Source: Callorhinchus milii
Taxonomy: Eukaryota
Length of the DNA: 64,000 nucleotides
Direction of reading: 5' to 3'
Assembly: GCF_018977255.1 (NCBI RefSeq)
Contig: NW_024704742.1
Location: 6,388,001-6,452,000, forward strand
Below are positions 53,139 through 64,000 of the stretch, in pieces (the first letter of the stretch is position 1; each line of letters starts with the position of its first letter). The position numbers were made by a program, and so were the translations under genes. Under the pieces are notes generated by a model. That model saw only the letters and a list, made by a program, of their open reading frames with translations, was not told the origin of the DNA and ran no database searches.

Positions 53139-53330
53139 GGCTTTAAGATTATGTTGGCCAAAAATATAAGATTCTGCAAATCTGTGGAAAATTCTTAAAT
53201 TTAGTTTTAATTTGGAAACATATTTTCCACTATTCTTAAGGAAAACACCTTTCCAAATTAAGGTGGAGTTGAAGAATTTTCCACAAATCTGCAGGACCTT
53301 AAATTTTAAGAAAAAATGGTCTTACAGGCC
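53139..53330. repeat. Degenerate ~190 bp palindrome, possible MITE
   Basis: 53167-53228 aligns without gaps to the reverse complement of 53240-53301; weaker symmetry extends outward. Confidence 0.75.
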
Positions 53331-54636
53331 AAAGTGAGGTAAATTCTTGGGCCTTAAAGCCACTAGGGAAACTCATTTAAAAGTTATGCCTTGAGTGTCA
53401 CAAATCATCAGCACACTTCAAACCATGAAAATACCAGTGCAAAACGCTAAAGATATCAAAGAAATGTAAGTGTATTTTAAATGTATTTTTGTATGTAATT
53501 AAAACGAAATGAGTTTTGGTATCAAGTAAAGCCGCTTTTCATGCAATTTGCTTTTTGAACGAGATGATGTATGCTTTGCGGAAGGTTAATATTTTCTTTT
53601 CCTTCAACAGCATGTGGTAACTATAATGTAATTTACCTACCTACAAGCTACTTCTCATTATGTGCACTCCATAATCAGACCAGTGCCTAAGCTCCTTTCA
53701 GATTGTGGGGAAATATTTAGCATGTGCGTGCATAACCTTCAGTAAGCACACTGGGAGTTTAAGATAAAGATCCAGTCTCTATTAAGTGAACAGTGACATG
53801 GAGAATGCAGGTGTGCAGACTGTAGTCCAGCTCCAATACTAAAAATAATCTCTACTGTTTTTGTACAAGGTTTGAGTGGTTTAAGTCAGACAGTCTCCAA
53901 ACAGTGCTGTGTATCAATTATATAAATAGATGTTGTGTTGTAACACTGAAATACTTCCCTTCTAGACATTGCATATGCTCACTGGAAAGAAAGCAAACAT
54001 TAACACTTAACTTTGCTGCAATTAGTAAGTCGCCTTTACTTGAAAACGATAAACTGGAGAAATTTAGACCACCCAGAATGTTTTTTCTCATTACTTTTTA
54101 ATGATTTGGATTGAAAACAAATTAATGCAGTTACCAGGCAATTGATGGTAGGAAGTATTGTGTAATGAGGGACATATGTACGTACTGTAACTTGGAAAAT
54201 CCCTTTCGTTGCCACAAAATTATATTTAGATTTGAACAGAGTGCTTCTGGTGTTATATTAATGTGTCTCCTTAGGAAGGCTTATCTGCATTCAGGCTGAT
54301 CCAGGTTTCTTTAGAATTTCAGCACAATACATCCTACGACAATCTGGTAAAGCAATGTCTTGATCAGCTCAAGACAGACTAACGAAACTCAGGTCACAGC
54401 AGGTAATCCGGTGCTGAGAGAGAGAAAAAGAAAGGAAGAAAGAAAATGATTTGTTATCCCCGAGAACTTTTCATTAATGAATAATTTTTAGCATTACATA
54501 GAGTTACATACAATGATACAGCAAGAAAACAGGCCATTCGGCCCAATTAGTCCATGGCATTTCACATGAGCCTTCACGCCTCCTTATATCCCTTAGAATC
54601 CCATCTAATCCCTTCTCCCCCATGTATGCATCATAA

Positions 54637-54962
54637 CGTTGGGCAAGTTTCCTTACTCCACATGCCTCTGTTTACCTAGCAGTAAGTAGAAACCCGGTCA
54701 TTAGTTGATTGGTGGATCGCTTTTCTGGTGGGGGTGATAATGCCTTCAAAGAAAATTAATAATAATAAATTGGCCACTCAATCCACGACTGTTTGTGGAG
54801 ACGCTGCTGTGCGAAATTGGCTGCTGCGTTTCGCCCACAAAATATACAGTCAATTCACTTCACAGTATATTCTGTGAAGCGCTTTGAGACGTCTCGATGA
54901 CGTGATAAGGCGCTGCATCAAATGAAAGAATTATTATTATAATTTATTATTATTATTATTAT
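54637..54962 (+). mobile_element. Long-variant SINE lacking tRNA head
   Basis: Begins at ACGTTGGGCAAGTTTCC; preceded by a minus-strand CR1 end at ~54500-54630. Confidence 0.9.
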
Positions 54963-55704
54963 CTGGAGGATTGTTAGTCAGAACATCAAGAGAAACTCCC
55001 TTCCATTTTTGAATCGTGTCAATTATATCCACCTGAACAGGAATCATCCCCCAAGGGGTGGATAGGGTTGACTTATGAAGGAAAGAGGTCATTGACGTGC
55101 AGAATGAATTAAATGGAAGAGAGAACGGAGCCCTGGGGAGTCAACGGAAACAATCTGTAGCCAGACCACCAACTACAAAACAGACTGAGTGATTTGAGAG
55201 GAATCTTAACAGTCCCCAAAAATATATACTTTTGATGGAAACCTCAGCAGGAATCTTATGGTAGCACTACTATCATAAACTCGTGTTTGTTTGTATCAGG
55301 CTATCTGCGTGCTTCAAATATGGTCACAAAGAAGGCACAATGTTTTCTTCAAAAGGCTTCAGGGCAGCCATAAAGTTTCAGGTAACTGTAGAGCATCGTT
55401 ATAAGATGACCTGAGGGAATAATACGAGAAACATGTTGTAAAGGGCTGCTTTATAAAAGCCATATTTTATTTGGATTTTCCATAGCATAGCAGGAGAGCC
55501 ATAAACGGTGTGTTTGGAATATTTTAAACAGGTACATGACATAATTTAGAATTTTGACAGTCCTCATGTTCATCCGCTCAGGTCAATAAAAGGGACACTG
55601 CCTGCTAAACTCTCACGTGCCAGTTCTGGTCATTCGGATTCACAGCTAGGATGCCGTATTAGTTTATGAAAGCATACTAAATTGCCATACTTAATTTGGT
55701 GTAA

Positions 55705-56120
55705 GCTTAGCTCAGCTGTTAGCACTCTCGTCCCTGAGTCAGGTTCAAGCCCTGGATCAGCGAATTTGAGCTCACAATCTGGGCTGACACTCCAAGTGCA
55801 GTGTTGGAGACACTGTCACGTTGTCAGAGGTCTTGTCCTTTGGATGCAGCATTAAAACAAGGCCCTGTTTGTCTGTTGAGGTGGATGTCAAAGGGCTCCT
55901 GGCACTGCTCAAAAAGAGAAGGGAGTTAATTATCATGTCCTGGCCAACAATCCCCCAAATAAAATTGTTCATTCTTTGCAGGACTTTTCTACGTGCAAAA
56001 TGACTGTCATGTTTGCTACAAAATACAATTCACCACAAAATCCTGTAAAGCAAACACTTTGAGGCATCCTCATAACATGAAAGGCACGATATCAAATGCA
56101 GGGATTACAACAATTATTAC
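55705..56120 (+). mobile_element. Older Deu-SINE, near full length
   Basis: Head, core and tail motifs. Confidence 0.8.
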
Positions 56121-56239
56121 TAACACTGCGGTTAATAAGGGCATGTAATTAATGGACCATCGTTCAAATGTACATTTTGGACAATGAGTTATTGGGCAAC
56201 AAGAGTTCAAACCATTGAGTGTATCCCCATGGCCATATG

Positions 56240-56590
56240 AATAAAGACACCACTAATGTGATACAGCATTAGGCCATACAGATTGGAAGTTCACGGGTTC
56301 GAATCCCGTTCTTTCTGGTAATAACTTATTTCAGATGGAGTAACAGTTGTAGCGAGGTACATTTGGCCTCTCGGTTAGATCTGAGAATCAGCCTGCGTTC
56401 CAATTCCTTACTGCTGTCCAGAGACCAATTCTGGAAGGTGCACATGTGTGCGAATGTCAGGTAAGGATAGGGCCAAACTGGGCTGTTTTACCCTGTATAG
56501 TTAAATAGCCTGATGACTCTGACTGTCAAAGCTCACATGTGAATAATGTGATGAGGGCCAGGCATGTGTAGAAGAGTTTCCCAGCAGAAG
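56240..56590 (+). mobile_element. Ancient tRNA-derived SINE (AmnSINE2/UCON3-like by recall)
   Basis: B box GGTTCGAATCCC at ~56296; body unrelated to the Deu SINEs but colinear with 39130-39850. Confidence 0.5.
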
Positions 56591-57425
56591 GAAGGGAAGG
56601 AAAAAAAGAAAATTTGGGCAGAAAAATTGATCACAATAAACAGAAAACAGTAATAAAGTAACAATTAATAAAATAATAAACAGTGCATTTCACTGAGTGC
56701 AAATTATTAAATTCAATTTACCTTGAAAATTATTAGATTCAATTTACCTTGAAGGTCCTTAACAGAACGTAAAGAAAAGCGACCTTGAAAATGAAGATTG
56801 TACCAAGAACTTATGAATTCTGGACCCTCTGAAATTCTATGAAAATAGATTAGATCTAGACCCAGGTAGAGTTTCTTTCCCGACTGAGCTTTCCAAGAAC
56901 CTATGATTACACACAAATGTTGGTCATGCTATATTCGTTGGAAGATATAGAACTCTACTCCAAATAAGATTAGCTGCTGTTTCTCAGTTTGTTTTGATAC
57001 TGAATTTAACTACTTTGCTGGGATAGCTGTTAAAATGTATCGAGCTGAGCGTAACCTGTATGCATAGAAAAGTTTTCCAGTTTTGGACAAAAGCCTAAAA
57101 TACCATGGAATGGCATAACTGGAGGATTTATACAGCTGCCTAAATAAGATGTTTATTGATATAAGGCAGTGCACCAAGTTCACCAAGGGAGATGTATAAT
57201 TGAGAATGGAACTAAGAAGCATAGGTCACACACCAGGTAATTGTATTGTATTGGGGAAGAGTGAGCAGGGAGTAAACTGTTTTCATGGTCATGATATGTA
57301 CCATCCATTTAACAAGCCAAAGGACATGTTTTGACCTTGTCTGAACAGATAGCGGATTGCCTAAGTGGCTATTCTCATTGCAGTTTCATTCGGGTTATTG
57401 CGACAGTCACATAACGATGTCAACT

Positions 57426-57790
57426 CGGCTTAGTTGGTAGCATTGCCTCTGAGTCAGAAGGTTATTCACTCATGTTGGGACTTTGAACTCAGGTAGGCTA
57501 GGGTGACCCTCCAGTGCAGTATGGACATCTGTTGCATTGATGGAAGTGCTGTCCTTCGGATGAGACATTAAACCCCGTCCGCCTGTTTAGGTGGACATGA
57601 AAGATGCCATGACACTATTTGACAAGAGAAGGGAGTTCCTCCCAGTGTCCTGGCCAACAATCCCTCAAATAAAATTGTTCATTCACTTCATGGCTATTTG
57701 TGGAACACTGTTTTGTGTACATTGCTTGCCACATTTGCCCACAAGTATACAGTCATTACACTTTAAAGTGCAGCTCTAGAAACGTAAAAG
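57426..57790 (+). mobile_element. Older Deu-SINE
   Basis: Head, core motifs. Confidence 0.82.
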
Positions 57791-57799
57791 GCACAATTG

Positions 57800-58625
57800 T
57801 AGAATCATAGAATCTTACAGCACAGCAAGAGGCCATTCAGTCCATCGTGCCTGTGCCAACTAGTCCCACTCCCTCGCTCTTACCCCATAGCCCTGCAAAT
57901 GTTCTTTTTCAAGTACCTATCCTATTCAGAAAGCAATTGTTGAATCTTCTTCCACCACCCTTTCAGTTAGTGCATTCCAGACAATAACAACTCTCTGGGT
58001 GAAAAAAATTCTCCTTGTCTCTCCTCTGGTTCTTTTGCCAATTATCTTAAATCTGTGTCCTCCAGTTACTGACACACCCACCAATGGAAACAGTTTCTTC
58101 CTATCTAATCTATCAAAACCTCTCATAATTTTGAACACTTCTACTGAATCCCCCCCTCAACCTTAATCCCTGGCTGGGAATAATAATAATAATAATCTTT
58201 AATAATCTTCTTTGCATTTGATATAGCGCTTTTCACGTCGGGAGGACGTCCCAAAGCGCTTCACAGAACACACTGTAAAGTGAATTGACTGTATATTTGT
58301 GGGCGAACGCGGCAGCCAATTGCGCACAGCAATGTCCCACAAACAGTCGTAGATTGAAAATGACCAATTTATTATTGTTTTGTTTTGGAGGATTATTATT
58401 GGGCTCTGTGTGGAGTAAGGAAACTTGCCCAAGGTTTCGCCCTCTGCCTGGAATTGAACTCAGGTCTCTCACTTGCAAAGCGAGTGCTCTAACTACTGAG
58501 CTACAGGACTCCACAGTTACAGAATAATCCCAGTCTCTCTTATCTCTCCACATAATTGTAGTCCCTCATCACTGGCATCATTCTTGTAAATCTCCTCTGC
58601 ACCCTCTCCAAAGCCCTGATGTCCT
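57800..58625 (-). mobile_element. CR1 3' fragment interrupted by young SINE
   Basis: FKIMRGFDRLDRKKLFPL..GHRFKI..FFTQRVVIVWNAL; continues at 58520-58625. Confidence 0.93.
58179..58512 (-). mobile_element. Full-length young SINE, short variant
   Basis: Reverse complement near-identical to 1696-2020. Confidence 0.95.
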
Positions 58626-59309
58626 GCCACCTTCAAAGATTTTATGTACGTTTGATAACATTTTGTGTAATTCAGCATTCGCATTTGTATTCGAGAACAA
58701 AGGCCAAAACGTTCCTCCGAGGTTGACTTTAGAGAGCAATAAACAATGATTAATGTTCTCTGAATCCACATTACCATAAGAGCATTGGCCTCAGAGGTAC
58801 TTCAAGCCATTGATTGAATATGTAATAATTATTATCCATGGGGATAATAAAATGTATGGTGCAGTCACTCTATATTTTGATATTAGTGCTAAAATATTTT
58901 GTTTGTTGGTTTAGGATTAATGTTCACTGTGTTGCCTCTGGTTCTGGACACTGTCGTGCATGATTGCTTCCTCTCCTAACCTTTTGAACAATATTCATGT
59001 GTTAATATTGTCTTCGGCAGAGGTTAGATTTGTGTGGTTAAATGTTGACTGTTTTGTGTCTGATGGTCTGTGTCATAGATTTCCTGGTGCAGGTAGGACC
59101 AAAATCCAAGATGCTTGCTATTAGTGGGGAAGGGAACGCTGTGCTCAAGATCCTTGCAACAGTGGTGGTAATACAATATACTTCAAATTTAGATTTATAT
59201 AATGCCTTGCATGTCAGGAGGACGTCCCAAGGTGTTGGACAGTTTAAAGTTGCACCCGAGCTGGTGCATACAAAAATAATAATCCTTATGTTTGGTATCA
59301 GCACCTTTC

Positions 59310-59580
59310 ACGTCAGGAGGATGTTGCAAAGTACTTCATAGGATATACTATAAGGTGCATTAATTGTATGTGCTTTTTGCAGCAGACAATTTCCATACAT
59401 GAATATCCCACAAACAACCAGGACACCAGAAGGAACTCCCTTCCCTTTATTAATTGCGTCACAGGATCTTTAACATCCACCTGAACAGGCAGACAGGGCC
59501 TCAGTTTCACGTCTCATCCGAAGGACAGTACCTCCAGCAATGCAGGACACTCCCATGACTACATTGGAGTCAGCTTGGAC
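59310..59580 (-). mobile_element. Older Deu-SINE fragment
   Basis: Reverse complement core. Confidence 0.75.
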
Positions 59581-59693
59581 TATATAAGGCCGGGTCTGTT
59601 GCATCCTGTAACCAGAAAATAACGTGTTGCGTCTTTTCTTCTGCAACAGGTTTGATGCTGTCTGAGATAAGCCTAAATATACATCAATAAATA

Positions 59694-60002
59694 TAATAAT
59701 AATAATAATAATAATAATCCTTGCATTTGATATAGCGCTTTTCACGTCGGGAGGACGTCCCAAAGCGCTTCACAGAACACACTGTAAAGTGAATTGATTG
59801 TATATTTGTGGGCAAACGCGGCAGCCAATTGCGCACAGCAATGTCCCACAAACAGTCGTAGATTGAATATGACCAATTAATTAGTGTTTTTTGTTTTGGA
59901 GGGATTATTATTAGGTGTGTGGAGTAAGGAAACTTGCCCAAGGTTTCGCCCTGCCTGGAATTGAACTCAGGTCTCTCGCTTTCAAAGCGAGTGCTCTAAC
60001 CA
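59694..60002 (-). mobile_element. Young SINE, short variant, missing the first ~18 nt
   Basis: Reverse complement near-identical to 1714-2020. Confidence 0.93.
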
Positions 60003-60319
60003 ATATATATTTTGTTAAAAAAATTCAATGCAAAAATGAGGATGAGTTGGGATGGGAGTTATTGGAGAACATGATTCAGGTCTTTATAATGCTTAGAGCC
60101 TGAGATGATGTAGCAGAATATTTGTAAACTGGATGGAATTCAGTGCAGTGTCTTAGCAACTCGCTGAATACGTTCACTCTTCCATCTTTATAACACCAGC
60201 ATTGTTAAATACAATGAAGGTTGCAATGAAGAAAGAAAAGTCAAAGGCCAGAGGAGAGAATTGGCTGAAATGAAGAGAGATGGGTCAAAGCTCGGAAATT
60301 ACAATTCCAAGATGATTGA

Positions 60320-60762
60320 CATCTCAAAGCGCTTCATAGAATATACTGTGAAGTGAATTGGCTGTGGATTTTGTGGGCAAAACACGGTACCAATTGTGCA
60401 CAGCAGTGTTCCACAAACAGTCGTGAGTGACCAAATGATTATTATTATTTTCGCCCGCAAAACATACAATCAATTCACTTACAGTGTATCCTGTGAAGCG
60501 CTTTTGAGGGGTCTCAAAGACATGATAAGGCATTATATCAAAATGTAAGGATTATTATTATTTTATTTATTTGTTTATTTTTGAAAGGATTATTGCTTAA
60601 GCGAACCAACAATCGACTAACAATCGGGTTCCTACTTACTGCTAGGTAAACAGAGGCATGTGGAGTAAGGAAACTTTCCTAAGGTTTTGCCTCATCAGGG
60701 AATCGAACCCGGGTCCTCTCGCTTGTAAGGCGAGTGGCCTAACCAATACGCTACAGGACTCT
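60320..60762 (-). mobile_element. Long-variant SINE with an opposite-strand SINE 3' fragment (~60449-60562) inside it
   Basis: Minus core 60320-60448, plus-strand tail fragment, minus head 60575-60762. Confidence 0.82.
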
Positions 60763-61412
60763 GGAGCTCCGTATAATGCGATACCAATAGAGATTTGTAC
60801 TTCTGCCCTGGTTTAATGCATAGCCTGAAATATTTTTTTTTTGACATGTTGGCAACTCTTTCTCCAGTAGAAACATTCTTCAGAAGATCCTATTACTTTG
60901 TGCGCTTGTGAAGTGTAATATTGTGAGGTAGCAGAATGACAGGGCTGGGGATTTGGTAGCGCACAGTTAGTGGAATGAAAGTGCAGCAGTCTGGGGACTT
61001 TTGAATCATTATTATTCATAGTTAATGTAAAACTCCAAAAAAAATTGTACTGTTAAGGTTCAATGGCCATTTAATAATTCCAGTAATTGAAGATGGAAAG
61101 TCATTTCTGCCTTATTCAGCGATTGCAGTGGGATTGTGTTTGGTTGCAGTTCCAGCTGGATAAAGTAACTGGATCAGCAGCAGCAGCAGTATAAAATCCC
61201 AGTAGCAGGCAAGTGACCTCAAATTAAATAAATATTGCCGGAGTCCTGTCTCCAAAGTCAAACAGTGAGCTTTATTTTTAAATAAAACAACGTGATTGAA
61301 ATAGTGTTCCATAAATTCAGTCCAAATTGTATTCTTTTAGTCAGCGAATAAAGATCACCTGCTGCGGACGGAATAAAGGTTGGTGACTTGTTCAATACAA
61401 TTGAACATTAGA

Positions 61413-61532
61413 ATGGTAAGCAGAGGTGTGTGGAGTGAGGAAACTTGCCTAACATTTTACCCTGCCCGGGAATCAAACCCAGGTCCTCTCGCTTGCGAGG
61501 CGAGTGCTCTAACCACTGAGCCACAGGACTCC
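61413..61532 (-). mobile_element. Head-only fragment of long-variant SINE
   Basis: Reverse complement of tRNA head. Confidence 0.85.
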
Positions 61533-62289
61533 AATATGTTTTGGTGACAGCCATCAGTTACACTTTGCAACTTAATTTATAGTGAACAGGAATAAAAAAA
61601 AAGGAGCCTAGCCAATTTGATTACCACCAAAATCACCTTTCATAAAACTGGCACATCTATTTTTTTAGATAACAATCACAACAACTTACATTGATATAGT
61701 GCCTCTCAAGTAGGGTAGCATCTTCAGCGCTTTCGATCACAACAACAACTTGCACTTACATGGCACCTTTCACAATGGGATAGCATCTTGGAATGCTTAA
61801 CAGTAGCGAAGTTTCTAAAGAAAAATATATTTTTTTACTGGAATTAAGTAAGCAGGATGCATCCTTCCTTTTAGAGAGTGCGCATTCCATGACAGACACA
61901 AGGTAATTTCCATGTGTGAGCGACACGCGTATGTGGAACTGTCAGCCTGGTTTGACCCCTCTTGAGCACGGTGATGGGTTTCTACATGTGCCAGACACCA
62001 GGCAGATCAAATAAAAATTGGAGCCAGCTCAGAACCAAGGCAACCCAGCTTGTGTTCCTCTGCCCACCACCACGGTATAGCCATTTGACATCTGATAAGC
62101 ACAGGTTTGAGCCCTCGTTAGCTGGATGGCACCAGAAACTCCTTGTGAATTTTTTCGTGAACAGCATACGTCAGCATGTAATGTGTGAGAGCATGTCATC
62201 TTCTTGCCTACTGATCCAGTGTACATCCCTTCCCATTGAGCAATGGTTGCACCAGTTGTAGGTGCAGAGGCTGAGCAGCAGACACTTAC

Positions 62290-62511
62290 CTCTCCGAATA
62301 CCAATTAAGGTAGTTACCAAGCCCCGGATTATCCAAAATGTTTTCATGAATGAAACCTAACACCTTCCAGCAGCTGTCATCCCAAGCCTTAGTTTCCTCA
62401 TCAGTTATTTGATGTAGATCTGCCTTCAGTATGATGGGAGGCCCTTTAATAGGACATCTTGTGATGTGCCAGCCACCTTAATGTTCCAATCTTACTCTCT
62501 TTCTCCTCTCT
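62290..62511 (-). other. Candidate 222-nt spliced exon, probably non-coding
   Basis: Acceptor CTTTCTCTTTCTGTCTCACTTTTTTCAG and donor GAG|GTAAGT; stops in all three frames near the 5' end. Confidence 0.35.
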
Positions 62512-62581
62512 CTGAAAAAAGTGAGACAGAAAGAGAAAGTCAGAGAGAGAGAGAGAATATCAGAGAGAGAGAGTTAAGAGA

Positions 62582-62837
62582 AGGGCGAAACCTTGGGCAA
62601 GTTTCCTTACTCCACACGCCTAATAATAATCCCTCCAAAAAAAAAAAAACAATAATTAAATTGGTCATTTTCAATCTACGACTGTTTGTGGGACATTGCT
62701 GTGCGCAATTGGCTGCCGCGTTCGGCCACAAATATACAGTCAATTCACTTTACAGTGTGTTCTGTGAAGCGCTTTGGGACGTCCTCCCGACGTGAAAAGC
62801 GCTATACCAAATGCAAGGATTATTATTATTATTATTA
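62582..62837 (+). mobile_element. Short-variant SINE lacking tRNA head
   Basis: Begins at AGGGCGAAACCTTGGGCAAG. Confidence 0.92.
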
Positions 62838-63837
62838 AGGTCAGAAAGGAAGAAGTAATGAGCGAGGAACTCAAGAGCCTGAGAAAGAGAGCGAGAAGAG
62901 AGAGAGAGAGAGAGGGAGGGATTGGCACAGTGTGGTATTACAGTGGTACAATAACTCCTGATGAAAGTAGTTCTTGGTTAGCTCTGTAGCCGACATATTT
63001 TGGGTGATGGACAATCATTCACACTGTTTCCTTATCCACAATGGGTCTGGTCCCAATTACTGGAGAGAATCATCTCTCTATTGCACGTGACGTTTTAATG
63101 GCACTGGGGGAAAAAAAAACAATTCAGAGATTCAATTTCTTGGTAAACATTTTGAAATTTGTTTGAAAAAAACATCAGTTTTAAGTAGATCTGATTAAGA
63201 AAACATACGCTTCTGGCAAAAGGGACAATGTGCGTGCACACACTATGGGCTATTCTCCCCGCTAGACGTAGAATGAAGTGAGATATCTGGTGAAAAGCTT
63301 TTCATTTTTGACATTCATTACCTGCTTCTAAAAAGATTCACAGTTGTTTTTCATACTGAAGCTACTGGAGACGTTCACTATTTTCAAAAATTCTTTTAAT
63401 TGTGGATATTCAGCTGTTCGATAGCTCCACTGGACAGAACGGGCGAGCTTAGCGCAGAGATTAGTGGCCAGTCCACACCCAGAGCAGCGATTTTCTTTCC
63501 CTGATAAGCGGGTCCCCTGGGGGAGGATTGTAGGAGCAACGTGCCACTATTTTAATTTAAACAGCTCCACATAATGGCCCTCTCATTAAGAGAAAGCTCT
63601 TATGCTTCAGTATTTCCACTGCCGTGATGTGAACACAATGAAATTCTCCAACTTTCCACATGTTTGTTGCCATCACACGTTGGGTGGAAACTACTGCTCA
63701 GAGTTTAAACTCTGGGTTTTAAACTCAATTTTATATAATTGCCAAAAATGCAATGGTTTCTGATGTAATTCTTTAATAGTGAGTTTGAGGCTCTTCCAAT
63801 AATGTAGGGAATTAACTTCCTGCCACAGACCAATGCA

Positions 63838-64000
63838 ATACCTCACAGTAAGTAGGAACCCGGCTGTTAGTCGATTGGCAGATCACTTTTCCGGGGGTAA
63901 TAATCCCTTCAGAAATATATAAATAATAATTTGGTTACTCAATCCATGACTATTTGTGCGACACTCCTGTGCATAATTGGCTGCTGGTTTTCGCACACAA
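63838..64000 (+). mobile_element. Long-variant SINE fragment running off the window end
   Basis: CAGTAAGTAGGAACCCGG.. block and Deu core. Confidence 0.85.

Noticed and set aside
1..64000. CRISPR array or prokaryotic operon
   Set aside because: No regularly spaced repeat-spacer array and no gene-dense coding structure; content is vertebrate-type interspersed repeats

Overview
Repeat-dense, AT-rich eukaryotic DNA with no recognisable host protein-coding gene. The repeats are tRNA-Ala-headed Deu-domain SINEs, L2 and CR1 LINE fragments, Penelope ends and microsatellites. This mix is typical of a cartilaginous fish, probably a chimaera such as Callorhinchus (inference from recalled family features, not a database search). 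Nearly all ORF-track entries are artefacts of repeats. The most notable signals are: (1) a Penelope-like element with inverted terminal copies carrying a minimal hammerhead ribozyme motif and a GIY-YIG C-terminal remnant; (2) two co-existing young SINE subfamilies that differ in anticodon-like loop, an ~80 bp internal block and the loop of the 3' hairpin; (3) nested insertions that give a relative chronology and a reused internal insertion site; (4) two copies of a much older SINE; (5) a ~190 bp degenerate palindrome; (6) an interstitial telomeric array; (7) weakly supported minus-strand non-coding exons and regulatory motifs. Boundaries of degraded repeats are approximate, to within tens of bp.
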